A stretch of DNA of 64,000 nt from an uncultured Melioribacteraceae bacterium (lineage in GTDB: Bacteria; Bacteroidota; Ignavibacteria; Ignavibacteriales; Melioribacteraceae), in NCBI GenBank assembly GCA_964611145.1, contig CAZSYM010000008.1, forward strand, positions 8,132 to 72,131, read 5' to 3'. The notes beneath the pieces were generated by a model. It had not been told where the DNA came from. It was given only the letters and a program-made list of their open reading frames with translations, and did no database searches. A program made the position numbers and the translations under genes. Positions 8,946 to 19,634 of the stretch are shown here, in pieces. Numbering within the stretch: position 1 is the stretch's first letter; each line of letters starts with the position of its first letter.

Positions 8946-11900
8946 TTGTTTTTATCTAAGTTGGAACTATTCGGCTTTAAATCTTTTGCGAACAAAACCG
9001 TTGTGCATTTTACGAAAGGCATTACCGGTATAGTGGGTCCCAACGGTTCGGGCAAGACGAATATCGTCGATGCTATCCGTTGGGTGCTTGGCGAACAGAA
9101 AAGCGCCGTGCTCCGAAGCGACAAAATGGAGAACGTGATTTTTAACGGTACGAAGAATCATAAACCGATGGGTATGGCGGAGGTTTCCCTCACTTTGATT
9201 AATGAAAACGGAGAACTGGATACCGACTATACCGAGGTTAAAGTAACGCGACGCATTTTCCGCTCGGGCGAAAGTGAATATCTCCTTAATAATAATATTT
9301 GTCGCCTAAAAGATATTACGAATCTTTTTATGGATACCGGCGTTGCCGCCAATGCCTATTCGGTGATAGAGCTTAAGATGATAGAGAGCATTTTGAGCAG
9401 TAAAGCCGACGACAGACGTAAATTGTTCGAGGAAGCCGCGGGAGTTAATAAGTATAAACATCGCCGAAGACTTTCGCTTAAGAAATTGGACGAGGTGAAA
9501 TCCGACCTTACTCGTGTGAACGATATAGTTTCCGAAGTGGAAAAGAAAGTGCGCTCGCTGGAAAGACAAGCAAAGAAGGCGGATAAGTACAATCAAATTC
9601 AAAGCGTGCTTAGGGAAAAAGAATTGAACCTTGCCGAGCATGAGTTCGCTCTTTTCAAAAGGGAATTGTCCCGACTGGAAGAGGAAGGAGGAAGATTAAG
9701 CGCTCGTAAAAACGAGATTGACGGTAATATTCGCGATATAGAGAATACATTGATTGAGCTTCGTGCGGAAGTGAGCGAAATAGAAAGGAAATTGCGAGAA
9801 AAACGTGAGAGTATTGCCTCCGTCTCGGAAAAACTCCACGAGGCGCATAAGAATCTTTCCGTGAGCGAGGCGCGTCTGAATTCCTTGCGCGCCAATATTG
9901 AACGCTATAAGACGGAATTGGAAAATTTAACGGAGGAGAAAGAAGCGAATCGCCGATTGATAGAGGAAAATAAAGCTAAAATCGGCGACCTCGAACAAAG
10001 TCTTCAGGAGAAAAATTCCGCCGTCGAGGAAGAAACGACTGCCCTGGAGGAGTTGCGGAGCAAATTGGATGCTCAAAAGGAGGAAGTGAAAAATAAAAAT
10101 TCATTGGCGCTGGAAAAGGCAACGGAAATTAATCGCTTGGAAAATCAATTGCAAAGTATGGAGGAGCGCGAGGAGGAGATTAACAAGCGAATTCGGGAGA
10201 CCAATGAAAAAATCGGGCGGATAACGGAGAAAATCGCAAAGACGGCGGGATTTCTGGAAGAGCTTGCCCAGGAAAAGGAAGAAATTAAAAGAAAAATCGA
10301 AGATGCCGACGCCCTGCTTGTGGAAAAGCAAAAGGAAAAGGAAAGACTCGAAAAAGAGATTTCCGAACTTCGCAATAGAGAATTGGAAGAAAAAGGTTTA
10401 ATTAACAATATTACAAACAAAATCGAATTTCTACGGAATCTTATAACGAATCTTGAAGGCGTTTCCAAAGGCTCCAAAATTCTTTTGGAATCCGAAGGCT
10501 GGACTAAGAAAGAGAAAAATCTGATTACAGACGTTGCGGGAACGGCTTCGGACGAATATCGCTATGCTTTGAATGCGGCGCTTAAAAATGTTCTCAATAA
10601 TTTGCTTATTGATAGCATGGAGGACTTGCGCAAGGCTATTGAGTATTTGGAAAAAAATGATTTGGGCAAGGCTTCTTTTATTTTGCTCTCCGCAGGCAAC
10701 GGCGCGAAAGGTTTTTCCCGTAAGCTGAAAGCCTTTGCGGATAAAAGGATGCAGAAAAAAATCTCGAAGGAGAAAGGCTTTGTCGGTTGGGCGTTCGATT
10801 TTGTAAAGACTTCCCGCAAATGGAAACCTTTTTTCGAAAAGCTTTTGCGAAATACCGTAGTAGTCAAGGATTTGGAAACAGCCTTCAATTTGATTGATGC
10901 TTATCAAGATTATAATTTCGTTACACTTAAAGGGGATTTTGTCCAGAGTAACGGAATTGTCGAAGCGGGGAGCGAGCCGAAATTGGACGAAACGCTTTTC
11001 GGTAGAAAACAGATGTTGGAGGAACTTGTAAACGAATTGCCTAAGTACGAGGAGAACCTGAAACGCTTGCAGGCTCTTATTGAAACCAAAGAGGAAGAAC
11101 TAAGCGGGATTGATTTAAACCATATCTCCGCGCGTGGGAAGGTGTTGCTGAGCGATTTGAATCAAGTGGAAAAGCAAATTTCCCAATTGGAATTCGAAAA
11201 CGAGAAAGCCTCCGAGGAAATAGAGGAATCGCAATTGCTCGTGCAGAGACTTGCACGGGAGTCCAACGAAATTGAATCGAGAAAGAAAGAGCTTGAAACC
11301 ATTATCGCCGAAAAGAAAATCGAGCGGGAAAAAATTCTTACCGAGTTGAGATTCGCGGAAGAAGATATGCGGGAAACGGAAACAAGCTATAATGAATTGA
11401 CTTCCAAAATAACTTCCTTGAAACTCGAGGCGGAAAGACTTAAAGGCGAACTCCAAAATGTGGAAAATTCAATACGTAGAGCGGAAAAGGCAATTGTCGG
11501 TATTGAAAATACGGAACAAAGGCGCAGAGAGGAAATAAAGGATTCCGAGGATGAAATACTTTTAATCGAAGAAAACGCCGAGCAGATTCGCAGAGAATCG
11601 GACGGATTGAACTCCCGCATATCCGAGCTTAAGGGAGAGGAAAAGGAAATAGAAAACGAGCTTCGGATTAAACGGGGAGAATCTTCGGAATATGAAAGAA
11701 GTCTAAAAGAACTTCGCTCCGAAAGGGAAAGAATCTCGGATGAAATTTATAAGATTGACCTTGAAAAAAATAAATTGACCATGAAGCTCGAAAATTTGAC
11801 CGAGGGAATTAAGGAAAGCTATTCGGTCGAGTTGGAGCTTAAAGAATTTGACGACTTGGACGAGTTCGATTACAACGGCGTGGCGGACGAAGTGCATACC

Positions 11901-12545
11901 CTTAAAATGCGTATTAAGAATTTGGGTCCCATAAATTTGCTTGCATATTCGGAATATGAAGAAGAAAAAGAACGTCTCGATTTCCTTTTACAACAGCGGG
12001 ATGATTTGGTGAAATCCGAAAAGGATTTGGTGGAAACAATCAAGGAAATCAACGAGACGGCTGAAAGAATCTTTCTGGAAACCTTCGAGAAAGTTAGGGA
12101 AGGCTTCAAGAAAATGTTCCGTACGCTTTTCAACGAGGAGGACGAAGCCGATTTGCGATTGGAAGAAGGGGTTGATCCTTTGGAGGCGAGAATCGAAATA
12201 AGTGCAAAGCCCAAAGGGAAACGCCCCACGTCCATTGAACTCCTTTCGCAAGGGGAAAAAACACTTACCGCTATTGCACTTTTGTTTGCTATTTATCTTG
12301 TCAAACCGAGTCCCTTCTGCATTTTGGACGAGGTGGATGCTCCTTTGGACGATTCGAACGTGAGTCGCTTTACGAAACTTCTTAAAGAGCTTAGCGAAAA
12401 GACTCAATTTATCATTGTTACCCACAATAAACGTACGATGGAAGCCGCGGAAAATATGTATGGAGTTACGATTCAAGAGGAAGGAATTTCCAAACTTGTG
12501 GGAGTCCAGTTTAACGAACAATTGGCAAGCGTCTCGAATAGTTAA
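8946..12545 (+). CDS. smc: Chromosome segregation protein SMC
   Basis: 1199 aa. N-terminal Walker A 'GPNGSGKTN', long E/K/R-rich coiled coils, central hinge. C-terminal signature 'LSQGEKTLTAIALLFAIY' and Walker B 'FCILDEVDAPLD'. TTG start. Confidence 0.95.
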   Translation: MFLSKLELFGFKSFANKTVVHFTKGITGIVGPNGSGKTNIVDAIRWVLGEQKSAVLRSDKMENVIFNGTKNHKPMGMAEVSLTLINENGELDTDYTEVKVTRRIFRSGESEYLLNNNICRLKDITNLFMDTGVAANAYSVIELKMIESILSSKADDRRKLFEEAAGVNKYKHRRRLSLKKLDEVKSDLTRVNDIVSEVEKKVRSLERQAKKADKYNQIQSVLREKELNLAEHEFALFKRELSRLEEEGGRLSARKNEIDGNIRDIENTLIELRAEVSEIERKLREKRESIASVSEKLHEAHKNLSVSEARLNSLRANIERYKTELENLTEEKEANRRLIEENKAKIGDLEQSLQEKNSAVEEETTALEELRSKLDAQKEEVKNKNSLALEKATEINRLENQLQSMEEREEEINKRIRETNEKIGRITEKIAKTAGFLEELAQEKEEIKRKIEDADALLVEKQKEKERLEKEISELRNRELEEKGLINNITNKIEFLRNLITNLEGVSKGSKILLESEGWTKKEKNLITDVAGTASDEYRYALNAALKNVLNNLLIDSMEDLRKAIEYLEKNDLGKASFILLSAGNGAKGFSRKLKAFADKRMQKKISKEKGFVGWAFDFVKTSRKWKPFFEKLLRNTVVVKDLETAFNLIDAYQDYNFVTLKGDFVQSNGIVEAGSEPKLDETLFGRKQMLEELVNELPKYEENLKRLQALIETKEEELSGIDLNHISARGKVLLSDLNQVEKQISQLEFENEKASEEIEESQLLVQRLARESNEIESRKKELETIIAEKKIEREKILTELRFAEEDMRETETSYNELTSKITSLKLEAERLKGELQNVENSIRRAEKAIVGIENTEQRRREEIKDSEDEILLIEENAEQIRRESDGLNSRISELKGEEKEIENELRIKRGESSEYERSLKELRSERERISDEIYKIDLEKNKLTMKLENLTEGIKESYSVELELKEFDDLDEFDYNGVADEVHTLKMRIKNLGPINLLAYSEYEEEKERLDFLLQQRDDLVKSEKDLVETIKEINETAERIFLETFEKVREGFKKMFRTLFNEEDEADLRLEEGVDPLEARIEISAKPKGKRPTSIELLSQGEKTLTAIALLFAIYLVKPSPFCILDEVDAPLDDSNVSRFTKLLKELSEKTQFIIVTHNKRTMEAAENMYGVTIQEEGISKLVGVQFNEQLASVSNS

Positions 12546-13273
12546 TGCTAACGGAAAACAAACATCGGTTTAAAATTTTCGTGGATTTTGACGGGACAAT
12601 CACCACGCAGGACGTGGGAGAGCAATTGTTCCTTCGTTATACCGATGCCGACAAGGCGCGGGAAATTATTAAACATTGGATTGACGGCGATATAAATTCC
12701 CGCCAAACTTGGGAGTCGCTTTGCGACTTACTCCCCCCTTTGGAAAGGGATGAGTTAAACGCTTTTATCGACGGAATGGAAATAGATGCCACTTTCCCGG
12801 ATTTTGTGAATTTTTGTGAGGAGAACGGACACGAGCTTTTTGTACTTAGCGACGGATTGGATTATTATATTAAAAGAATATTGGCGCGATACGGATTGGC
12901 CGATTTGAAAGTTTATTCCAACGTTGCCGAGTTTGTCGATAATAAAATCGTGCCTCGATTTCCATACACGGACGAAGAATGCGACCGCTGCGGAAATTGT
13001 AAACGAAATCATGTGATTATGAACAGTGGCGATGATGAAATTACTGTTTACATAGGTGACGGATATTCGGATACTTGCCCCGCTCAATTTACGGATTTTA
13101 TTTTTGCTAAAAAATCCTTGCTTAAATTTTGTGAGGTGAATAGAATTTCATATTACCCCTTTTCCGATTTTTCCGATGTCCGCCGACGCTTGGAAGAATT
13201 GAGTCGTAGGAAGAGAATTAGAAAAAGGCATCAGGCACAGTTAAATCGCCGTGCGGTTTATTTGCAAGGATGA
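12545..13273 (+). CDS. HAD-IB family phosphatase (MtnX / phosphoserine-phosphatase-like)
   Basis: HAD motif I 'VDFDGTIT', 'SDGLDYYI', motif IV 'GDGYSD', Cys cluster 'CDRCGNCK' as in MtnX-type enzymes. The ATG overlaps the smc TAA by 1 nt (TAATG). Confidence 0.6.
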   Translation: MLTENKHRFKIFVDFDGTITTQDVGEQLFLRYTDADKAREIIKHWIDGDINSRQTWESLCDLLPPLERDELNAFIDGMEIDATFPDFVNFCEENGHELFVLSDGLDYYIKRILARYGLADLKVYSNVAEFVDNKIVPRFPYTDEECDRCGNCKRNHVIMNSGDDEITVYIGDGYSDTCPAQFTDFIFAKKSLLKFCEVNRISYYPFSDFSDVRRRLEELSRRKRIRKRHQAQLNRRAVYLQG

Positions 13274-13324
13274 GTCTTTATCCCCCAAGCGGGAAGTTTT
13301 ATATAATTTGAAAACAAGGAAGAA

Positions 13325-13909
13325 ATGAAAACATTTGCGGAAAAAATTTTTAGTTACAGAAGTTATACCCCCATTCCCTTTTTGTTGTTAATGATTGCTT
13401 TTGCCAAGCCCACCTGGCAAAGTATGGCGATAGGTTTTGTAATAGCCTTGATTGGCGAGGGTTTCCGATTTTGGGGTGTGGCTTACGCCGGTAGCGAAAC
13501 TCGTACAACGGGAAGCGTGGGCGGGACTTATCTCGTCGTGAGCGGAGCTTTTGCCCATGTGCGCAACCCCCTTTACTTGGGAAATATATTGCTTTATACG
13601 GGCGTCGGCGTGATGTCCAATGCACTTTTCCCGTATTTGCAAATCATCGCCATTTTGTTTTTTTATGTTCAATACAGAATCATAATAAGCGCGGAGGAAA
13701 AATATTTGAACGCCGCATTCGGCGATAAATACGAAGCATACAAGAAGTCCGTGCCTCGTTTGATACCTTCCCCGCGAAAGTATAAGAATCCCGGTATCGA
13801 ACAACCACCGCTGAATGTGAAAGCTGGCTTGCGTTCCGAAAAGAGAACTTTGCAGGCTTTCACATCGATAATTATTGTTTTGATAATAATTTGGGTATGG
13901 TTTAATTGA
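13325..13909 (+). CDS. Isoprenylcysteine carboxyl methyltransferase (ICMT/Ste14/PEMT) family membrane methyltransferase
   Basis: Multi-TM 194-aa protein with family block 'THVRNPLYLGNILLYTGVGV' and 'EEKYLNAAFGDKYEAYKKSVPRLIP'. Confidence 0.7.
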   Translation: MKTFAEKIFSYRSYTPIPFLLLMIAFAKPTWQSMAIGFVIALIGEGFRFWGVAYAGSETRTTGSVGGTYLVVSGAFAHVRNPLYLGNILLYTGVGVMSNALFPYLQIIAILFFYVQYRIIISAEEKYLNAAFGDKYEAYKKSVPRLIPSPRKYKNPGIEQPPLNVKAGLRSEKRTLQAFTSIIIVLIIIWVWFN

Positions 13910-15042
13910 AGGAGAACCTTTTGATTGTTGCCGGAGAGACCTCCGGAGATTTGCATGGTGCGGAACTGATAAGAAGTCTTAAGAACCTCAATCCCGAATT
14001 GCGCATTCTTGCCGTGGGCGGCGATAGAATGCACGAAGCGGGTGCGGAAATTCTATACCATGTCAAAGACTTGTCTTTCTTGGGCTTCAAGGAGGTGATA
14101 GCTCATCTCCCCTTTATTCAAAAGGTGCAATGGGATTTGTTGAAAACAATTGAGCGAATGAAAATACGTGTTGTTGTGCTTATTGATTATCCGGGCTTTA
14201 ATTTGAATTTCGCCAAAAAAGTAAAACGTCGCGGTGGAAAGGTGGTTTATTATATTTCTCCGCAAGTTTGGGCGTGGGGAAGCGGACGAGTTAAGAAAAT
14301 TGCAAAACGAGTTGATAAAATGCTCGTTGTTTTCCCCTTCGAAAAAGAGTTCTATGAAAAGCACGGTATACCGGTTGAATACGTCGGCAATCCGATAATG
14401 GATAAGATAAATGAATATGACTTTGAAGAGCGGGGAAAGTTTTTCGAAAAGTACGGGCTTGAAAAGGACAAGGAAATTTTGCTCGTTTTCCCCGGTAGTC
14501 GAGAGCATGAAGTTAAAACTATTTTGCCGACGGCTTTGAAAGCGGCGGAAAAACTGGCGGAGGAGTTTCGGTTACAAACCGTGATTTCTCTTGCGGACAA
14601 TATCGAGAAAAGTTACGTGGAAAAGTATTCCCGCGGCAATGCGAAAATCATTGCGGGAGAAAATTATAATCTGATGAATTTGGCAAAGTTCGGAATTATA
14701 AAATCGGGCACTTCTTCCCTCGAGGCGTCTATTGTGGGATTGCCCTTCGTGGTTGTTTACAGAACAAGCGCTGTTACTTATGCTATCGGTAAGGCTCTTG
14801 TAAAGATTGATAGTATTGCCATGCCTAATATTGTGTTGGGCAAAAAAGTGTTGCCCGAATTGGTACAAAACGATATGACGGCGGAAAGAATTTACGAGAC
14901 GGTAAAACCGTTCTTGAGCGATATTTCCCGTTACGAAAAGCTTAAAAGTTCTTTGAAAGAAGTGAAGGAAAAACTTTCGAGAGGCGGAAATTCTTCTCAA
15001 CGGAGTGCGTCAATAATTTTGGCCGTTTTGAATGAAGCTTAA
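13906..15042 (+). CDS. lpxB: Lipid-A-disaccharide synthase
   Basis: 'LLIVAGETSGDLHGAELI', 'VVLIDYPGFNL', 'YYISPQVWAWG', 'KSGTSSLEA'. The track start is TTG 13906. An in-frame TTG at 13921 preceded by AAGGAG (13909-13914) is an equally good or better start. Confidence 0.9.
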   Translation: MKENLLIVAGETSGDLHGAELIRSLKNLNPELRILAVGGDRMHEAGAEILYHVKDLSFLGFKEVIAHLPFIQKVQWDLLKTIERMKIRVVVLIDYPGFNLNFAKKVKRRGGKVVYYISPQVWAWGSGRVKKIAKRVDKMLVVFPFEKEFYEKHGIPVEYVGNPIMDKINEYDFEERGKFFEKYGLEKDKEILLVFPGSREHEVKTILPTALKAAEKLAEEFRLQTVISLADNIEKSYVEKYSRGNAKIIAGENYNLMNLAKFGIIKSGTSSLEASIVGLPFVVVYRTSAVTYAIGKALVKIDSIAMPNIVLGKKVLPELVQNDMTAERIYETVKPFLSDISRYEKLKSSLKEVKEKLSRGGNSSQRSASIILAVLNEA

Positions 15043-15679
15043 AGAAAAACAAAGGGATTTTTTAAGAGCAATCGGAAACTTTCTTTTGCCTTATTTTGTT
15101 GACTTGCTCTTAATGACCGTAAAAATTGTGGAGGACGGAAAGGAACTTCCGAAGGAAAATTTTGTGGCGGCTTTCTGGCACGGTAAAATGCTAATCGGTT
15201 GGAAATTGCTTTCGAGACGAAATCCCGCGGCGTTGGTAAGCGAAAGCAAGGACGGTGAATTGCTGACGAAAGTTCTCCGCCATTGGAAATACGAATTGGC
15301 GCGCGGCTCGAGTAGCAAAGGCGGAAAAGACGCCTTGGAAATTTTGGTGCGAAAAGCGAAAGACGGTTTTACGATAGGAATTACTCCCGACGGACCCCGC
15401 GGTCCCGCAAAAAAGTTTAAAGCCGGTGCCGTGATTATTGCCAAGCGTTCCTTGAAACCATTGGTGCTGATTGGCATCGGATTTCAGAAATCCGTGCGTC
15501 TGAAAAGTTGGGACGCCTTCGAAATTCCGAAACCCTTTAGCCGAGTTTATGTTAAGTGTTCCGAACCGATGTATTATGAAGAAAATCTAAGTTATGAGGA
15601 AACTTCCGAGGCGATTTTAAAAGCGGAGGAAGAATTAAACAAAATAAATAAAGAAGCCGAAGAGTATTGGTCAAAATAG
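15032..15679 (+). CDS. DUF374-type lysophospholipid acyltransferase family protein
   Basis: 'FWHGKML', 'SESKDGELL', 'RGSSSKGG', 'ITPDGPRGP' blocks typical of DUF374 proteins found in lipid A/Kdo loci. Overlaps lpxB by 11 nt. Confidence 0.7.
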   Translation: MKLKEKQRDFLRAIGNFLLPYFVDLLLMTVKIVEDGKELPKENFVAAFWHGKMLIGWKLLSRRNPAALVSESKDGELLTKVLRHWKYELARGSSSKGGKDALEILVRKAKDGFTIGITPDGPRGPAKKFKAGAVIIAKRSLKPLVLIGIGFQKSVRLKSWDAFEIPKPFSRVYVKCSEPMYYEENLSYEETSEAILKAEEELNKINKEAEEYWSK

Positions 15680-16740
15680 CTCAAATATTGTTGTATCCTT
15701 TTGCTTTGCTTTATGCCGTTGTTTTGGGCATTCGCAATTCCCTTTTCGATAAAGGAATATTCAAAAGCGAAAAGGTCGATGCCAAAGTGATTTCGGTGGG
15801 AAATTTAACCGTTGGTGGCTCGGGTAAAACTCCCACGGTAATTTATATTGCCAAGCTTTTGAAATCTCACGGAATTAAAGTCGGTATTTTAAGCAGAGGT
15901 TACAGACGGAGAACAAAGGGTTATCGCTTTGTTTCCGACGGTAAAAAAATGTTTCTTTCCGTAGAAGATTGCGGAGATGAAATTTATCTGGCGGCTCAAG
16001 AATGCAAAGTCCCCGCTGCCGTTAGCGAAAAGAGAACCGAAGGCGCTCGAAAGTTTTTGCGCGACGCCGAATTGGAAGCCATAGTATTGGACGACGCATT
16101 TCAACATCGTTGGATACATAGGGATTTGAATATCCTGCTCTTTGACCAAAGATTTTTGACCGAAGCCGATTTTTGGGAACGGCGAAGTTTACCGGCGGGA
16201 CGCATGCGGGAAAGTTTTCGCTCCGTCGAAAGAGCGGACTTGATAATTGTAAACAGAAAGTTTTCTCGAAAAAAGGAAATACCGACAAGCTTTCGAAAGT
16301 TCTTTGAAAACAAGCCTGTTTTTTATGCGTTCTATAAAGCTACTGATATTGTTGATGTTAAGACGGGCGAGGTGTTCGATCCGCATGAATTTCAAGGACA
16401 GAAAAGCCTGGTGGTTTCCGGTATCGCTCGCCCCTTTTCTTTCCTCGAGGTTCTGAAGGAACACAAGATTGATATAAGCAATAAGTTGATTTTTCCGGAC
16501 CATAAGTTTTATACGGAAAAGGAAATTCAAAGGATAAGGAAAGAATTTTATTCGACAAATTCGTTTTCGGTCTTGACAACACAGAAAGATGCCGTTAAAT
16601 TAAGCGAGTTTTCCAAGCAATTGGACGACATCGACATTTATTATTTGAAAATAGAAATAAACTTTGAGGAAAAGGAAAAATTTGAAGAAATGATTTTGAA
16701 AATGTTTCTTAAACCTAATAAAGGAGGAAAAAATGGCTAA
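15667..16740 (+). CDS. lpxK: Tetraacyldisaccharide 4'-kinase
   Basis: '[16 protein letters not shown]' P-loop, 'ILSRGY', 'GDE', 'LDDAFQH'. TTG start overlapping the DUF374 gene by 13 nt. Confidence 0.9.
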   Translation: MVKIAQILLYPFALLYAVVLGIRNSLFDKGIFKSEKVDAKVISVGNLTVGGSGKTPTVIYIAKLLKSHGIKVGILSRGYRRRTKGYRFVSDGKKMFLSVEDCGDEIYLAAQECKVPAAVSEKRTEGARKFLRDAELEAIVLDDAFQHRWIHRDLNILLFDQRFLTEADFWERRSLPAGRMRESFRSVERADLIIVNRKFSRKKEIPTSFRKFFENKPVFYAFYKATDIVDVKTGEVFDPHEFQGQKSLVVSGIARPFSFLEVLKEHKIDISNKLIFPDHKFYTEKEIQRIRKEFYSTNSFSVLTTQKDAVKLSEFSKQLDDIDIYYLKIEINFEEKEKFEEMILKMFLKPNKGGKNG

Positions 16741-19516
16741 AAAGACCAAAGGAAAAAAATTGGTTTACCTGTTCGGAAACGGGAAAGCCGATGGTACTGC
16801 GGCAATGAAAGAGTTGCTGGGCGGTAAAGGTGCTAATCTTGCTGAAATGAACAGAATCGGAGTGCCGGTCCCGCCGGGATTTACCATTACGACGGAAGTT
16901 TGCAACAAATATTTTGAAATAGGTCCCGCGGCAACAAAGAAAATGCTGGAACCCGAAGTAAAAAAAGGTATTGCTCACGTTGAGAAAATAATGAAACTGA
17001 AATTTGGAGATAAAGATAATCCCTTATTGGTTTCGGTTCGTTCCGGTGCGCCTGCTTCCATGCCGGGAATGATGGATACCGTTTTGAATCTCGGACTTAA
17101 TGAAAAAGTGGTCGAAGGACTCGCGGCAAAGACCAACAATCCCCGCTTTGCATGGGATTCCTATCGTCGCTTTATTCAAATGTACGGCGATGTCGTGCTT
17201 GGAATGAAGCCCGAAAACAAGGAGGATCATGATCCTTTCGAAGAGATAATCGATGAAATGAAAAAGCAGAAAGGTATTAAACTCGATACGGAATTTACTG
17301 TTGACGATTTGAAAGAGATGGCTGAGCGCTTCAAAAAAATCATAAAGAAAAAGACCAAGAAGAACTTTCCCACCGATCCGTGGGAACAACTTTGGGGCGC
17401 AATTATGGCAGTGTTCGATAGTTGGAACAACGACCGCGCAATATTGTATCGTCAGATGAACAATATTCCGGCTCACTGGGGAACGGCGGTTAACGTGCAA
17501 GCGATGGTCTTTGGAAATATGGGTGAGGATTCCGCTACCGGCGTTGCCTTTACCAGAGATGCCGCTACGGGAGAAAATGTATTCAATGGCGAATATTTGA
17601 TAAATGCACAAGGCGAGGATGTTGTGGCGGGCATAAGAACCCCGCAGCAGATTACGAAAGCCGGTTCTATTAAATGGGCTAAGGCTCAAGGAATTTCCGA
17701 GAAAGAAAGAAGGGAAAAATATCCTTCCCTCGAGGAAGCAATGCCCAAAGTCTATAAAGAACTTGACCGAGTGCAAAAGAAACTCGAAAAGCATTATAAA
17801 GATATGCAGGACTTGGAATTCACCATTCAGAACGGAAAACTTTGGTTGCTTCAAACTCGTACGGGTAAGCGTACCGGTGCCGCAATGGTTAAAATTGCAA
17901 TGGATATGTTGAAGGAAGGAATGATAGATGAAAAGACGGCTGTTATGCGCGTTGAACCGGAAAAATTGGATGAATTGCTCCATCCCGTTTTTGACAAAGA
18001 GGAATTGAAGAAAGCCAAAGTTATTACGAAAGGCTTGGGCGCTTCTCCTGGCGCCGCTACCGGTCGCGTTGTTTTCCATGCCGAAGATGCGGAGGAATGG
18101 GCGGCGAAAGGTGAGAAAGTTATTCTGGTGCGTTTGGAAACTTCTCCCGAAGATTTGAAAGGTATGAACGCTGCGGAAGGTATTCTCACTGCTCGCGGCG
18201 GTATGACCTCTCACGCGGCAGTCGTGGCTCGCGGAATGGGAAAATGCGCCGTTACCGGAGCTGGTGAATTGAGAATAGATTACAAAAAGAAAATTGCCAA
18301 GACGGATGAAGTTACAATCAAGGAAGGCGATTGGATTTCTCTTGACGGTTCTACTGGCTTCGTTTATGCGGGTAAAATTAAAACCGCAGAACCGAAATTG
18401 AGTGGAAATTTCGAAAAGTTGATGAGACTTGCCGATAAGTACGCTCGCCTTAAAGTACGTACAAATGCGGATACTCCCGAGGATTCGCAGCGGGCTCGCA
18501 GTTTCGGCGCGAAAGGAATCGGACTTTGCCGTACGGAGCATATGTTCTTCGGTGAGGATAAAATCCTTGCGGTGCGCGAGATGATTCTCGCCGACGACGA
18601 AGCCGGTAGAAGAAAGGCTTTGGATAAGCTTCTTCCGATTCAACGGAAGGACTTCGAAGGAATTTTTACCGCCATGAACGGTTTACCGGTTACCATTCGC
18701 TTGTTGGATCCTCCTTTGCACGAGTTCCTGCCCAAGGAAGCGAAGGAGCAAAAGGAGATGGCAAAGATAATGGGCGTTTCCGTTTCCGCAATAAAGAAAA
18801 AAGTCGAGGAACTGGCGGAGGTTAACCCCATGCTCGGTCATCGTGGCTGCCGACTTGGTAACACGTATCCCGAAATTACCGAAATGCAAACTCGCGCCAT
18901 TTTGGAAGCGGCGCTGAATGTTAGAAAGAAAGGCGTGCGTGTTTATCCCGAAATAATGGTTCCTTTGGTTTCCACAAAGAAGGAATTGGATTTGCAGAAG
19001 GAAATTATTTTGAAAACCGCTCAGGAGGTTTTCAAACGTCGCAAAACCAAAATCAATTTTTTGGTCGGAACGATGATAGAAACTCCTCGCGCCGCTTTAA
19101 CTGCGGGAGAAATAGCGGAAACCGCCCAGTTCTTTAGCTTCGGTACCAACGACCTTACTCAAATGACTTTCGGGTTCTCGCGCGACGATATCGGTTCTTT
19201 CTTACCCGAATATAAGTCAAAGGGTATTTTGGAAGTCGATCCTTTCGAAGTGCTTGATAGAAACGGAGTGGGTAAATTGGTTAAAATGGCATGCGAGGAA
19301 GGACGTAAAACAAGAGCCGACCTCAAATTGGGAATTTGCGGTGAGCATGGCGGCGAGCCGTCCTCCGTCGAATTTTGCCATATAACCGGTTTGGATTATG
19401 TAAGCTGTTCGCCTTTCCGCGTTCCTATTGCACGCTTGGCAGCAGCTCGCGCCGCTTTGACTTTCCCGCAAAAGGTTAAGAAAGCGGTTAAAAAGAAAAC
19501 TGCTAAGAAGAAATAA
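16733..19516 (+). CDS. ppdK: Pyruvate, phosphate dikinase
   Basis: '[12 protein letters not shown]', phosphohistidine motif '[15 protein letters not shown]', 'GLCRTEHMF', '[11 protein letters not shown]', 'GICGEHGG'. AAGGAGG lies upstream. Overlaps the lpxK stop by 8 nt. Confidence 0.97.
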   Translation: MAKKTKGKKLVYLFGNGKADGTAAMKELLGGKGANLAEMNRIGVPVPPGFTITTEVCNKYFEIGPAATKKMLEPEVKKGIAHVEKIMKLKFGDKDNPLLVSVRSGAPASMPGMMDTVLNLGLNEKVVEGLAAKTNNPRFAWDSYRRFIQMYGDVVLGMKPENKEDHDPFEEIIDEMKKQKGIKLDTEFTVDDLKEMAERFKKIIKKKTKKNFPTDPWEQLWGAIMAVFDSWNNDRAILYRQMNNIPAHWGTAVNVQAMVFGNMGEDSATGVAFTRDAATGENVFNGEYLINAQGEDVVAGIRTPQQITKAGSIKWAKAQGISEKERREKYPSLEEAMPKVYKELDRVQKKLEKHYKDMQDLEFTIQNGKLWLLQTRTGKRTGAAMVKIAMDMLKEGMIDEKTAVMRVEPEKLDELLHPVFDKEELKKAKVITKGLGASPGAATGRVVFHAEDAEEWAAKGEKVILVRLETSPEDLKGMNAAEGILTARGGMTSHAAVVARGMGKCAVTGAGELRIDYKKKIAKTDEVTIKEGDWISLDGSTGFVYAGKIKTAEPKLSGNFEKLMRLADKYARLKVRTNADTPEDSQRARSFGAKGIGLCRTEHMFFGEDKILAVREMILADDEAGRRKALDKLLPIQRKDFEGIFTAMNGLPVTIRLLDPPLHEFLPKEAKEQKEMAKIMGVSVSAIKKKVEELAEVNPMLGHRGCRLGNTYPEITEMQTRAILEAALNVRKKGVRVYPEIMVPLVSTKKELDLQKEIILKTAQEVFKRRKTKINFLVGTMIETPRAALTAGEIAETAQFFSFGTNDLTQMTFGFSRDDIGSFLPEYKSKGILEVDPFEVLDRNGVGKLVKMACEEGRKTRADLKLGICGEHGGEPSSVEFCHITGLDYVSCSPFRVPIARLAAARAALTFPQKVKKAVKKKTAKKK

Positions 19517-19522
19517 AAATAA

Positions 19523-19550
19523 CGAGTCGCCGCTTTCGGCGGCGGCTCGC
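19523..19550 (+). terminator. GC-rich hairpin downstream of ppdK (possible terminator, no clear U-tract)
   Basis: CGAGTCGCCGC / GCGGCGGCTCG stem with one G-U pair and a TTTCG loop, 7 nt after the ppdK stop. A second small hairpin CCCG-taaat-CGGG follows. Confidence 0.5.
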
Positions 19551-19634
19551 CCGTAAATCGGGAAAGAAAAGGATTTCGAATGAGAAGAAGTAAGTAATGA
19601 GATTGGAAAACAAAAATACGAAGCAGGAGAGAAA

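Noticed and set aside
15176-15192. Sigma-54-like TGGCACG-N-TGCT motif (rpoN is in the window)
   Set aside because: It lies inside the DUF374 coding sequence. GG-to-GC spacing is one nt too long and the -12 element reads ATGCT rather than TTGC. Other TGGCAC occurrences (33655, 41822, 62428) have the wrong spacing or no TTGC.
17024-18643. 539-aa ORF antisense to ppdK
   Set aside because: It lies in the codon-aligned antisense frame of a confidently identified gene. It exists only because ppdK avoids TTA/CTA/TCA. The translation is low-complexity (F/R/S/N-rich) with no recognisable domain.
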